Origin: Planktothrix sp. GU0601_MAG3
Lineage (GTDB): Bacteria > Cyanobacteriota > Cyanobacteriia > Cyanobacteriales > Microcoleaceae
Assembly (NCBI GenBank): GCA_035193785.1
Contig: CP136572.1
Span: forward strand, 3,540,578 to 3,604,577
DNA length: 64,000 bases
Direction: 5' to 3'
Shown: piece after piece, positions 22,465 to 34,387 of the stretch
Position numbering within the stretch: position 1 is the first letter of the stretch
Layout of the letters: the number at the start of each line of letters is the position of its first letter
Notes under the pieces: model-generated
What the model saw: only the letters and a program-made list of their open reading frames with translations
What the model was told of the DNA's origin: nothing
Database searches by the model: none
Position numbers and translations under genes: made by a program

Positions 22465-23824
22465 ATGCTCTTACCCTTATTTCTGAGTTTAACCCTATTT
22501 GCCCAAGCTGTTGCTCCTGCTAATGAAATTGTGCAACCGCAGCAGGTGCGACCCTTACCCGGACAATTAGATCAAATTCCGGTGTTTAATAGTAACAGTC
22601 CCGAACTAATTTTAAACGAAGGAATTTTACTTTCTACCTTTCCAAAAACTAATAAAAAACAACCGGAAGCCCACTTAAATTTTCCCTTGCAAGGCAAATT
22701 TGATATTTTTGCCCACCATGTTGCTAAATCTCCCCAAGAAAATGATCTAAGAACCCTTTATTTAGGAATATTAGCCTATAATCCCGGGAATCAACCCGTT
22801 ACTATTAATATTTTAGAAGCAGCCAGTTATTTAAGCCAACCCGATGCGCCTTTTATTCCCCTGGATGCGGTTTTAGATAATTCAGCAGGTAATATTTTTG
22901 CTGGGCCAGGAAGTCGGGTAATGAATGATATTTTACGCGGAAAACGACAAACTGAATTTGTGGAAAAAATTACTATTCCGCCCCAAAGTAGTCGTCTATT
23001 ATTAAATGCTCCAATTCCGGTTAAAAATTTAGAACCTCCTTTAAATGGTCGGTCTACTTTAATGCGTTTAGAGAGTGATGGCGAGGTTTATATTGCTAGT
23101 TTAGCCAAATATGCAACCATGCAACCAAATAGAATAGAAGTTGCACCCACTCTCACAGAATGGGAACAATTATTAAACCTAGGAATGTTAGTTACACCTA
23201 GAGATCGTACCCCCACATCTCCTAATACAAATCCTGAGCAAATTATCTATGGACGGGTGGCTGGAGTGGCATTAGGTTCCCGTTGGAATGCTAATATTGT
23301 TGATCCAAATAGTTCTATTTTAACTATTCCTGAACCGGGAGAATCCTTTTCTTATCCGATTGCAACCTTACCCAAAGGACAGTTAGGAACCCATCAAATT
23401 CAAAGTGCTCCTTTAGTGGTTAGATATCCCGACACTGCCTATCAAGCCCATGGAAATTATGGGATAGAATATAACTTAATTCTACCCCTTTATAACCCCA
23501 AAAGTCAACCCCAAAAAGTTATTTTAACCTTACAAACTCCCATCAAAGAAGAAAAATTATCCCAACCTGGATTAAGGTTTTTTGACCCTCCAGCCCCTCA
23601 AGTTTTCTTCCGAGGAAACGGTTAGATTGAGTTTTGAAGATGATCAGGGAAAATCCCAAACTCGCTATATTCATTTAGTTCAAAAACGCGGTCAACAGGG
23701 AGAAGCGTTATTACAATTAACCGTAAAACCTCAAGAAACTCGACCTGTGAAAGTTGATTTTCTCTATCCTCCAGATGCCTCTGCTCCTCAAGTTGTGACG
23801 GTAAAAACATTACCGTTAAAATAA
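22465..23824 (+). CDS. DUF3370 domain protein (apparent frameshift at 23615-23619)
   Basis: VRPLPGQLD..PVFNSNSPE..EGILLSTFP, AHGNYGIEY, YPPDASAPQV. Confidence 0.85.
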
Positions 23825-23894
23825 TATATTTTAGTCTTTATTGAATCACAAAGACACCAAGAATTTGTAAACACTAATTTTGTGGGTTGATTTT

Positions 23895-24101
23895 ATGTCT
23901 CAAAGCGATGCACCCAAACCTAAACCACCTATGGATAAACCCCCTGCACCGCCCCCTAAACCTCCCGATTGGGGGACATTAGGATGGTTAATTATGGTAT
24001 TGTTTTTTTTCATTATTGTTATCGGAAATGCTTCGGGATTGGGAGATAGTAAAAACCGGCCGTCCACTCCTGATTTTGATCAAACGGAATGGGATAAATA
24101 G
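23895..24101 (+). CDS. Small Pro-rich single-TM hypothetical protein
   Basis: ORF with a Pro-rich N-terminus and one hydrophobic helix. Confidence 0.55.
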   Translation: MSQSDAPKPKPPMDKPPAPPPKPPDWGTLGWLIMVLFFFIIVIGNASGLGDSKNRPSTPDFDQTEWDK

Positions 24102-24115
24102 GGGGTGATCATTTC

Positions 24116-24162
24116 GTTGTTGTGCTTCAGCACTCCTATTAAGAGCCCTGAAGCGCAACAAC
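24116..24162. repeat. REP-like inverted doublet between convergent genes
   Basis: GTTGTTGTGCTTCAG..CTGAAGCGCAACAAC; shares the CTTCAG/CTGAAG core with the 15163 array. Confidence 0.7.
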
Positions 24163-24174
24163 AATCAAACATGA

Positions 24175-25519
24175 TTAACCAATAGTTAAGGCTAAATCCG
24201 TGGGTGATGTGATGACCGTAGCCGTTTGGACAACACTCGGCTGGACGTTTTTAACAATTCCTAAAATTCCTGAATTTGCAACTCGAATAATGGTGTCATT
24301 CCCAGAGGAAGTAAAACTTAAATTAGCCAGAGGAATTGTGTCAAGAACATGAATTTTATCGCCTTCTGAAACCTTGAGATCCGTAATAATATCGGCTAAA
24401 TTGATATCAGAAACCGTCGCGGCTTCATCCCCTCTTAACAGGAAAATATCAGCCCCTCCTCCGGCGGTTAAAATATCTGTGCCTAAATCTCCTATTAGGA
24501 AATCATTGCCTTCATTGCCATTTAAACTATCATTCCCCTGTCCACCGCGAAGAAAGTCGGAAACCCGCTCCTCCAAAGATAGTATCATCCCCCCGATTTC
24601 CATTTAAAATATCATTGCCCTGTCCGCCCGTAATACTATCATTATCTTTGCCTCCAAAAATATAATCATTTCCGTTATTTCCATCCAAAGAATCATTACC
24701 TTGATTCCCATTAATTACATCATTTCCTGTGGAACCTGTAACCCGATCATTCCCACCTCCAACTAACAATCCGCGAGGATTATTTTGAGTAATATCAGGG
24801 GTCATGGTTATGACATTATCTGCATCTAAATTACGAGGATAGGCATAACTTAAAGGCAGACTAGCAAGATTGATGGTATTAATAAATCCATTCAAGATAT
24901 TCGCATCTGAAATGATTCCAGACACTCGACTGGGAATAATTCCATCGACAACGGCTGCATCCCAAATGACATTCCCCTGTTGAATTAGATTGACGACATC
25001 GAGGCCTTCAACGACAGTTCCAAAAACCGCATAACTCCCGTCTAAATTTGCAGAATTATCCGCTAAATTAAAATAGAATTGGGAGGAGGCAGTATCGGTT
25101 CCTGAAGACCGCGCCATGGCAATCGAACCCACAACATTACTTAACACCGGAGGAACGGTAATTCCTGCTTGTTGAAAGGTTTGACTGTAGAGGGGTTCGG
25201 TGGTGCCCTGGGGTTTAATTTCTAAGGGAATATTTCGGACTTGACCTGTGGCCGGGTCAATAAAACCTCCACTTCCTAACACATTAGGATCAATATTAGG
25301 ATCTTTACTTTGGGGGTCACCACCTTGAGCAACAAAGGGTTGAGGTTCCAAAACAACCCGATGAAATACGGTATTATCATAAACATTTCGTTCAACTAAA
25401 TCGACGAAATTTCCGGCTGTTATCGGAGCATTTGCACCATCAACTTGAATGGTAATGGGAAATCCTTCAACTACCATAATCACGGTAGCAGAACTATTGA
25501 TTTGAGGTAGATCATCCAT
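24175..25519 (-). CDS. Cyclophilin-type peptidyl-prolyl isomerase fused to RTX Ca-binding repeats (apparent frameshift at 24560-24564)
   Basis: APITAGNFVDLV, FHRV, QGGDP, AMARS, ASSQFY, YAVFG; then GGxGxDx(L/I) nonapeptides. Confidence 0.9.
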
Positions 25520-25705
25520 AATAAAATAATGCCTTAGATTGTCTAAAGTGAGGTGAAATCCACCTAATTGTCCCTTGATATTTTACAATAAAGATGACAG
25601 TTAGGATAGGATATTTCCAATAGTTAGACACCCAAACCAAAATTTAAGTTCCTGTCACTCATAATATTGTGTAAACTGGATAAAAAGTTGTGATTATCCT
25701 CAATA

Positions 25706-26258
25706 ATGATGTCCCGTCGTTTATTTCTAAGTTTCCTCTTATCTCTGGGTTTAGCGGTGTTCAGTTTCAACCTAACTTCACCCGCTTGGGCCTTGGGGGG
25801 AAAACTGCCCCCATTGAATCAACCCGCCCCTAATTTTACCTTACCAACTAATAGTGGAGAGGGCAAAATTTCCTTATCTGATTATCAAGGACAATGGGTT
25901 ATTCTCTATTTTTATCCTAAAGATTTCACCTCTGGATGTACTTTAGAAGCCCGTCGTTTTCAACAGGATTTACCAAAATATTTAGCTAAAAATGCTCAAA
26001 TTTTAGGGGTGAGTGCCGATGATATTCAATCCCATGCTGAGTTTTGTGATTCGGAAGGATTAAAATTTCCCTTGCTGGCTGATGTTGATGGAAAAGTAAG
26101 TAAATCCTATGGTTTCATGGATTAATTTTATCTCCATGCGTCATACTTTTATTATTGATCCTGATGGAATTTTAAGGGAAGTATTTCTAGGGGTTAATCC
26201 TGCTATTCATAGTCAGGAAGTTTTCGCCCGTTTGGGTGAATTGCAAGAAACAAGTTAG
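25706..26258 (+). CDS. bcp: Peroxiredoxin Q/BCP with N-terminal signal (apparent frameshift at 26112-26116)
   Basis: LYFYPKDFTSGCTLEA, GVSAD, restored YGSW..RHTFIIDPDG. Confidence 0.9.
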
Positions 26259-26281
26259 TTAAAATTGACAAAAATTAACAA

Positions 26282-26312
26282 AAAGGGAAGGTTAAAATCA
26301 CCCTCCCTTTGT
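26282..26312. terminator. Bidirectional intrinsic terminator
   Basis: AAAGGGAAGGT-loop-ACCCTCCCTTT between convergent genes. Confidence 0.65.
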
Positions 26313-26332
26313 TTGTAAAAATGGCTTTTTGT

Positions 26333-26536
26333 TTAAACCGGGTTTAATCCTAACATTGCTTTTAAGGTAAAAAAGGTAAAGGCAAAAACACTGAATAGTA
26401 AAATTACTAATACAGTGGCAGTTACCGGGCGATTTAAGAGGGGTTTCAGACGTTCAAATAGGAAAAAGAAAATTCCTAGGGTAAAGGTAATAAAATAACG
26501 GGGATAGCGAGAAACGTTTTGAAAAAATTCTTGCAT
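26333..26536 (-). CDS. DUF751 family protein
   Basis: FFQNVSRYPRYFIT..TLKAMLG. Confidence 0.88.
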   Translation of the reverse strand: MQEFFQNVSRYPRYFITFTLGIFFFLFERLKPLLNRPVTATVLVILLFSVFAFTFFTLKAMLGLNPV

Positions 26537-26787
26537 TGTCGTGGTTGGGATTAACTTCAGATTAAAGGTCTTATAATTTTAACAGATTTTGGCATTATTT
26601 TTAAAATAAGCGATCGCCAGGTTCAGAATTAAATCTGTGTATTAATTAGAAATTGAGATTAAATTGTAATAATGTTATCACAAATATCAGCACCTGCATA
26701 ATTTTCTCCTGAGATTAAATTTTATCTATTGTTTTCACATAGGATCAGAGATACAATAAAAAATTAATTATATCTCCAATCAAATTT

Positions 26788-27514
26788 ATGGATATTTTAA
26801 TTGTTGAGGATGAACCGGAAATTGCCCGTTTAATTCAGCATACCCTAGAAGCGGAAGGATTTTCTTGCCAGATTTCTAATAATGGTTTAGCCGCTTTACA
26901 AAAATTTCAAGAATTGCAACCGGATTTAATTATTTTAGATTTGATGATTCCGGGGTTAGATGGCTTAGAAGTTTGTGCTAGAATTCGTCAAAAACCCGGG
27001 CAAAAAGACCCCTATATTTTAATGTTAACCGCTAAAGGTGAAGAACTAGATCGGATTATTGGTTTATCTACCGGGGCGGATGATTATTTTGTTAAACCTT
27101 TTAGTCCTAGGGAATTAGTTGCTAGGGTTAGGGCTTTATTAAGACGGAGTTTGCGCCAAGGCGGTCAACCGAATCAAGTTTATCAAACCCCACATTTTTT
27201 AGTGGATTTAGACCAAAGAATAGCCAGTTATCAATTAGAGTCAGGGAACACAGAAACCCTGGATTTAACTACTTTAGAATTTAATTTATTATCAACTTTT
27301 CTGAGTTATCCGGGTCGGGTTTGGAGTCGTACCCAGCTAATAGATAAACTTTGGGGAGATGACTTTTTTGGTGATGAAAGGGTTGTGGATACCCATGTCG
27401 CTAGACTGCGGAAAAAAATTGAAACCTGACCCCTCCCATCCCACTTTTATTAAAACGGTGACGGGGGTGGGATATAAATTTGAAGATGCTGTTATAGGAG
27501 GGAATAGGGAATAG
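26788..27514 (+). CDS. OmpR-family response regulator (apparent frameshift at 27421-27425)
   Basis: ILIVEDE, LDLMIPG, KPFSPREL, wHTH VDTHVARLRKKIEPDP..IKTVTGVGYKF. Confidence 0.93.
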
Positions 27515-27620
27515 GGATCACGGATTTAAGAGGATTTCACGGATTTCACGGATTTTAATCTGCGTTAATCTGTGTAATCTGTTTAAATCCGTGATAGGTA
27601 ATGGGTAATGGGTAATAGGG
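27497..27620. repeat. MITE-like 79-bp element with 13-bp terminal inverted repeats, flanked by heptamer arrays
   Basis: ATCACGGATTTAA (27517-27529) / TTAAATCCGTGAT (27583-27595); GGGAATA repeats on the left, GGGTAAT repeats on the right. Confidence 0.75.
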
Positions 27621-27695
27621 AATATTGCTATATTTTTACTTGAAATTGAGAGCGTTAGGGTAAAATAGATTAACTGTATTAATAATGTTGTCATA

Positions 27696-27950
27696 ATGAG
27701 TAAATCAAAACCCCTCACAGACCTAGAATTAATTGATTGTGCGAAAGCCAATGCTAAACAAGGCGTTGAAAATGCGGCTAAACTATCGGGTTATGGAGAT
27801 GATATAGACAAATTTATGGAAGAACTGCAAACCGCTTGTCAGAGAATTGGAGTTAATATTGATACCCTATCGGATTTAATTAAAGAACAGCAACAAATCG
27901 GACGAATACCAGGTTTAGAAATTGCTCCAGACTCAGAATCGAGTTTATAA
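27696..27950 (+). CDS. Hypothetical protein (84 aa)
   Basis: Clean ORF, ELIDCAKANAKQG..GYG..EIAPDS. Confidence 0.7.
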   Translation: MSKSKPLTDLELIDCAKANAKQGVENAAKLSGYGDDIDKFMEELQTACQRIGVNIDTLSDLIKEQQQIGRIPGLEIAPDSESSL

Positions 27951-28130
27951 AGTGTTTTTATCCTACAATTAATTTTGATAGGTTATTGTCCAAAATAATC
28001 CCCTAAGTTTTTAACTCTAAAAATACCTAAATTCTCGTTAGGGACGACGCGCTTCGCCCCTAACCTTCTTGTAATTTCCGGCAATTTGTACAACCAATTT
28101 AGACTTGCTATTAAGTTAAAAATTATCATC

Positions 28131-29052
28131 CTAGTTTAATTCATTATAAGCCGAATAAACCGCTTTAACATTATACCAATTTAGAAATATTCGAGCAATT
28201 TCTAAGGCTAATTGTGATTTTCCTTGATTAATTAAATATTGTAAAAACCCCGCCATTGTCCGTTCGTTCAAACGTCCTCCCAAAGACAATAACCCCCATA
28301 ATATTTGATGTAATATCGTCATCTGAATCATCATTTTAACTTCAAAAGAGGGATGTTTTTGATAAAATAAAACCCCCATTCTCCCCCGTTGAATTTCTCG
28401 ATCTATTAATTTCGGTAATTGTTCCAAACTAAACGCCGGATGCCAATGATAACCCACGGCATCGGGACATTTAATTAATGTTAAACCCAATTTCTTTAAC
28501 CTAACTCCTAATTCTAAATCTTCCCAGCCATATTGTTGAAATTGAGAATCAAATAATCCCGCTTTAATTAACCAATGACGAGCGATCGCTACATTTCCGG
28601 TAGCAAAATAAGCCGCCGAAAAATCAGTAATTTTATAAGGTTCAGAAGTCGGATCTTCAAAATTACAAGTATTAATTACCCGACCATAGGTAAAAACTTG
28701 ATCTGAAGTTTTGTATCCCTCAACTAAACTATCAGCATGGGATTGTAAAAACGTTTCTGTGACGACTAAATCACTATCAATAAAAATAATAGTCTCACCC
28801 AGAGCTTTTTCTACCCCCAAATTTCTCGCCGTGGCTGGCCCTTGATGGGATTGACAAAATAGCCGAACATGGGGAAATTCTAACTGATTTTCCTCCAACC
28901 AATTTAAAGTTCCATCCGTTGAAACCATCATCAACTAAAACTACCTCATAGTTAGTAATAGTATGATCATATTGTTGCTGTTCCAACGCTTTTAAACACT
29001 TTTGTAAAATCGCTAAACGATTATAGGTAGGAATGACAATACTTAAAAACAC
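28131..29052 (-). CDS. Glycosyltransferase family 2 (apparent frameshift at 28921-28925)
   Basis: SIVIPTYNR, restored VDDGSTDGT, FIDSD, YGWEDLELG. Confidence 0.92.
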
Positions 29053-29155
29053 GGTAATTTAAACTCTAATATAGATCTCTCCTATTTTATTACAAATGGG
29101 AGAAGCGATCTCCAACTCTGGAAATCGCTTCGATGTATTATGAATATTGAATATT

Positions 29156-30514
29156 CTAACCAGACTTACGCCGAGAACTTAAACCCCATACCCCCAATGC
29201 TAACAAACCCAAAACAGAAGTGGGTTCCGGCACGGATTTTTTAGCGGGGTCAGCGCGAAAAATTCCCGTTCTTCCATCTTCGAGTGCCGCATAAAAAGCA
29301 ATTTGACCCTGATCATTTAATCCTTTATCTGCAAAAAAGGAAAGATTAGTGATAGTAGAACCAAACAGGGAATCTCCTACGGTAATCACCTTATCAGCAA
29401 CGGGATCTGCACCGATAAAAATACCTTTTGTACCTGTATCTAATGTAGCACTAAAGGCGATATTTCCTTTATTGTTAATATCTAACGATTCAAAACTCCC
29501 AAACAAACCCTGATTATTAACTGCTTTCGTTAAGTTGCCATTCTTAAAGGTAAAAATTCCTGATTCAATTTCATCACCAGAAAATAAATCATAATTAGAA
29601 GATAAAAAAGCAATCTCATTATTATCATTAACTACGGGTTGGGAAGGCCATTTAATATTATTAGTAACAACGGTTTGAAAACCCCCTTTTTGCATCATAA
29701 TGAGTTGTGAAGTAATAGGTGGAAGCGGGTACTCAGCATGAATATCTCTAAATAAAGCAGAAAATGCAACCGTCCCCTGATTATTCAAGCTGGGAGATCC
29801 TAAATCTATAAGTCCTCCAGTTGGGGCGTTCGTGATACTTGCTATAGCAACGGTTGTTGAGGATTGATTGCTTTGGGTAATGTTATTGTAGAGAGTAATG
29901 GTATCCGTTGGAGACAAAAAAGCACCCCCCGCCACAATACGACTTGTCAGTGAATTCTGATTATTGAGATTAAGATCGACTAAAGCTCCACCTTCAAAAC
30001 GACCACTGGGGCCAAAACCAGTAACCATTTTAATTTTATTTTTGTCATCAGCAATAAAGATTGCTTGGCCATTACCCAAGCCATATTCTAAAGATACCCT
30101 TCCTGCAAAAGCCACGATATTTTGATCATTAATATCAACAGAAGGGTATATAAAATACCTGGCTTGAACAGCATCAGGAGGATAGGGATTAGGATAAAAG
30201 TCAGCTAGAATATCCTGATTAAAAATGGTTGAGATTTTCTTCCCTTGGCCTTTAAAAATCCCACCCTCTCCACCTCCCGAACCCGCATAAAACGCAACGG
30301 TTCCTTGATCATTAATTGCTCCATTCCAATAGTTATAGCCAGTTAAGAGACTATTCTGGTTATCAGCAATTTTAGTAAAACTAAAACTAGCAGCTTGGGC
30401 GCTTTGTATGCCGAATAGACTGCAACAAAGTCCCAGAAAAATTCCTGAATGGATTGAAAAACTTTTCTGCCAAAATTTTCCCAACATGGGTTGAACGTTG
30501 AATGAAGAATTCAT
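29156..30514 (-). CDS. Secreted NxxGxxAF-repeat protein with PEP-CTERM sorting signal
   Basis: Signal ending AQA; repeated (I/L)NxxGxxAF; C-terminal VPEPTSVLGLLALGVWGLSSRRKSG. Confidence 0.88.
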   Translation of the reverse strand: MNSSFNVQPMLGKFWQKSFSIHSGIFLGLCCSLFGIQSAQAASFSFTKIADNQNSLLTGYNYWNGAINDQGTVAFYAGSGGGEGGIFKGQGKKISTIFNQDILADFYPNPYPPDAVQARYFIYPSVDINDQNIVAFAGRVSLEYGLGNGQAIFIADDKNKIKMVTGFGPSGRFEGGALVDLNLNNQNSLTSRIVAGGAFLSPTDTITLYNNITQSNQSSTTVAIASITNAPTGGLIDLGSPSLNNQGTVAFSALFRDIHAEYPLPPITSQLIMMQKGGFQTVVTNNIKWPSQPVVNDNNEIAFLSSNYDLFSGDEIESGIFTFKNGNLTKAVNNQGLFGSFESLDINNKGNIAFSATLDTGTKGIFIGADPVADKVITVGDSLFGSTITNLSFFADKGLNDQGQIAFYAALEDGRTGIFRADPAKKSVPEPTSVLGLLALGVWGLSSRRKSG

Positions 30515-30887
30515 GCTAATTTCCCTTTGTCTAAAACTTAATTATTTTAATTGAAAACCGGGAATTTTTAGACAAGTTAAAAACTTGTCACACCCGATAA
30601 GCCTATTAAAGAATAAAAATTAGATTGCTGATGAAAATTCACAGTAAATTTACAGAATCTTCAAAAAAAAGCAGCCTCAATTTCACATAAGGTATGCAAT
30701 TATAAAGATCAAGTTGATTATGAATTTGGACAAGGATAGGAAGACCAACACCCCTGAATAATTAGAACTGCCCTGATCTGCGCGTGATATAGTCCTAGTG
30801 ACAGAAATGTTGACAAACCCTGACATCTAAAGGGCATGAAAGGCGAGATAATGTAACATTTGGTTACTTCAGGAGAAAAAATTAATC

Positions 30888-32091
30888 ATGGGTCGCGCTG
30901 ACAAAGTTGTGCTTGCTTATTCCGGTGGGGTGGATACCTCCGTTTGTATCCCCTACTTGAAAAATGAGTTTGGAGTCAAAGAAGTAATTACCCTGGCCGT
31001 AGACCTGGGACAAGGGGACGAATTAGGGCCTGTTCAACAAAAAGCCTTGGACTCTGGCGCCGTTGAGTCCCTGGTGATTAATGTCCAGGATAGATTTGTC
31101 AAGGACTATGCGTTTCCGGCCATTCAAGCCAATGCTTTGTATGAAAACCGCTATCCCCTAGCCACGGCCTTAGCCCGTCCGTTAATTGCCAAAACCTTAG
31201 TGGAAGTAGCCGAAAAATACGGGGCTGATGCTATTGCCCACGGTTGTACCGGAAAAGGTAACGACCAAGTGCGGTTTGATGTCTCCATTGGGGCGTTAAA
31301 CCCGAAATTGAAAATTCTGGCCCCCGCCCGGGAATGGGGAATGAGTCGGGAGGAAACCATTGCTTACGGGGAAAAATTCGGCATTGCTTCCCCGGTGAAA
31401 AAATCCTCTCCCTATAGTTTAGACAGAAATTTGTTAGGGATTGCCATTGAAGCTGGGCCCTTAGAAGATCCTTGGACGGAGCCCCTGGAAGAAGTCTATG
31501 CGATTACTAAACCAATTTCTGAGACTCCTAACGAACCCGAATATATTGAAATTGGGTTTGAAAACGGAGTTCCAGTGAGTTTAAATGGCGAGGCAATGGA
31601 CGGTGTTCAGTTAATTGGCAAATTAAATGAAATTGCCGGGAAACCATGGGGTCGGACGTCTGGACATGATTGAAAACCGTTTAGTCGGGATTAAATCAAG
31701 GGAAATTTATGAATCTCCGGCGATGATTGTGTTAATTAATGCCCACCGAGATTTAGAAAGTTTAACCTTAACTGCCGATGTGACTCGTTATAAACGGGGC
31801 ATTGAAGAAACCTATAGTCAGTTGGTTTATAATGGCCTCTGGTATAGTCCGTTAAAAGCGGCTTTGGATGCCTTTATTCAACAAACTCAAGAACGGGTTG
31901 CGGGTGTTGTCCGAGTCAAATTGTTTAAGGGAAATGCCAATATTGTAGGCCGGAAATCTGCCAATTCCCTCTATAGTTTGGACTTAGCAACCTATGGCTC
32001 CGAAGACGTTTTTGATCACAAAGCGGCGGAAGGTTTCATTTATGTTTGGGGTTTACCCACCCGCGTTTGGTCTGAGAAAATAAGAGACTAA
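30888..32091 (+). CDS. argG: Argininosuccinate synthase (apparent frameshift at 31640-31644)
   Basis: [40 protein letters not shown]. Confidence 0.97.
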
Positions 32092-32144
32092 TAATCGGAT
32101 TAGAAATTAAATTCATCCCAGGGGTGAGGTGCGCCTCGCCCCTA

Positions 32145-32310
32145 AATATATATCTCAGATATTTAATTAAACTTGACAAACTCGCATAAGCATCGACTTC
32201 AATCCATTCATATTTAGTAAATTTCCATAAGATTTCAATTAAATTTAGCTTGGGTGAGTAGGTAGGTAGCCAAAATATTTTTAAATTCTTTTGCTCCCAT
32301 TCCGGTAATA
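32145..32310 (-). pseudogene. IS630-family transposase C-terminal fragment
   Basis: LPEWEQKNLKIFWLPTYSPKLNLIEILWKFTKYEW (LPxYSPxLNxIE DDE_3 motif); no upstream part. Confidence 0.82.
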
Positions 32311-32470
32311 TTGAGAGAAAGCGATCGCCTGCTCTCAATATTCAAGATATTACCAAAAACAAATATTGATAAGTTTAATATTAGTAATACTGAACTTATT
32401 GTCAAATTTCAGAAATTAGCAAAAATATGCTATAATCTAATGCTGAATTGATCGTGAGTTATAAAAAAGT

Positions 32471-34359
32471 ATGTTAAAATTTGGTGGGTATGGAAAGTCT
32501 CAAGGTAAATTTTTGTATTTACTCATTGCCAGTATTGTTTTTCCCGTCCTAGCTGTCAGTTCTTTCAATATTGTTAATTCTCGCGAATATTTAATTGATT
32601 CAGTGATTCGTTTCCATGAAAAATGAGTCACAAAACAGTGGAGAAACCATCAATCTTTTTTTGGATAATTTTAAATCTGATATTCTATACTTAAGCGGAA
32701 CCCCACCGATTCAAGGGATGGTGAGAGCCAGAGAAAATAAAGGCATTGATCCTGAAGACAAATCTACCTATGAAAGCTGGAATAATCGCCTCATAATTAT
32801 TTTTAAATCTTTCCTGAATAATAGACCCTATTATGATCAATTGCGTTATATTGATGAAAAGGGGAATGAACTGGTGAGAGTCAATGTGGTTAATGGTCAA
32901 GCTACAGTGGTTCCAACTGAAAAGTTACAGAATGAATCCTCATCGGAATACTTCTCTAAAACTCTACAATTAAAAACGGGAGAAATTTATGTATCTCCTA
33001 TCAATTTGAATCGAGAAAATAATCAAATTGAAATTCCTTATAAACCCATTCTTCGTTATGCAACTCCGGTTTATAATCAAGCTGGCGAAAAACGAGGAAT
33101 ATTAGTTACTAATATTTTAATTGAGAAGTTATTTGAAACCGCCGACAATGATAGCTTTAGTTCGGAAATAAAGCAACAATTTTTAGTTGTTAATCAAGAT
33201 GGATATTATTTAAGTCACCCAATAGAAGAAAAGCGATGGGGGTTTGAATTTAATAACAATAATAATTTAAGAAATGACTATCCTGAAGCAATTGTTAATC
33301 AACTGCTGTCGGGAGAAAGTGGTTTGATTGCAGAAAATTTTGACTATATAATGACTTATAATACTATTTTTCCTAATCAATTTAATCGGGAAAATTCGTT
33401 TGCTTTATTATATAAAACCCCTAAATCTGTGGTTTTAGAACCAATTAATAACTTTATTCAAGTTGCGGTGATTGTCACCCTGGTTGTTGGGGGGATTTTT
33501 ATAGTTTTTGGTGTTATTTTATTCAAAAAATTAGTCAATTCTATTATGGAAGTTGTTGCCGTAGTCACAGCTTTTTCTAGTCAGATTTTTTCCACAATTA
33601 ATCAACAGGAACGGATTGCCAATCAACAATTATCTTCCGTTCAAGAAACCAACGTGACCATGGATGAACTCAGCGCTTCCTCTCAACAATCGGCTCAACA
33701 GGCAGAAGGAGCGGTTTTCGGGGCAAAACAAGCCCTAGAGCGGGTGGAAACAGGGAACAATTGCCATTCAGAAAGCTCTCCAAGAATTGGAAACCCTAAA
33801 AGTTAAAGTCGAATCTATTGCCGAAAAAATTCTACAGTTAAGTGAACAAACCCATCAAATCGGTAGCGTTTCCGATGTGGTCAGTGATTTATCAAATCAG
33901 ACGAATATGTTAGCTTTAAATGCCGCCGTTGAAGCGGTACGCGCCGGGGAACATGGTAAAGGATTTGCCGTCGTGGCTTCGGAAATCAGAAAACTCTCGG
34001 ATGCCAGTCAAAAATCGAGCCAAAAAATTAATACCTTAGTGAATGATATTCAACGGATGATTCAAACAACTGTTGTTGTCACTGAAGAAGGCACTAAAAA
34101 TGTTGAATCCGGGGTACATATTGCCCACCAAACCGCTCAAGTTTTTGCAGATGTAGCTAAGTCTATTGAACAAATTTTTCAAAGTAGTCAACAGATTGCC
34201 TTAACTTCAACTCAACAAGCTTTAGCCATTGGGCAAGTGAATCAAGCCATGAATAACTTAACATCGGGAGCGAATGAAACTGCCAAAGGAATTAGTCAAA
34301 TTAAAATCGGTGGTGAAAAACTGAATGAATCCACTCAAAACTTAAAGGAAATTTTGTAA
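32471..34359 (+). CDS. Methyl-accepting chemotaxis protein with Cache-like sensor (apparent frameshifts at 32610-32614 and 33747-33751)
   Basis: N-terminal TM from ATG 32471, Cache-like periplasmic region, second [35 protein letters not shown]. Confidence 0.92.
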
Positions 34360-34387
34360 TCGGGTTTCCAGTAATCAGGCTGATTAC

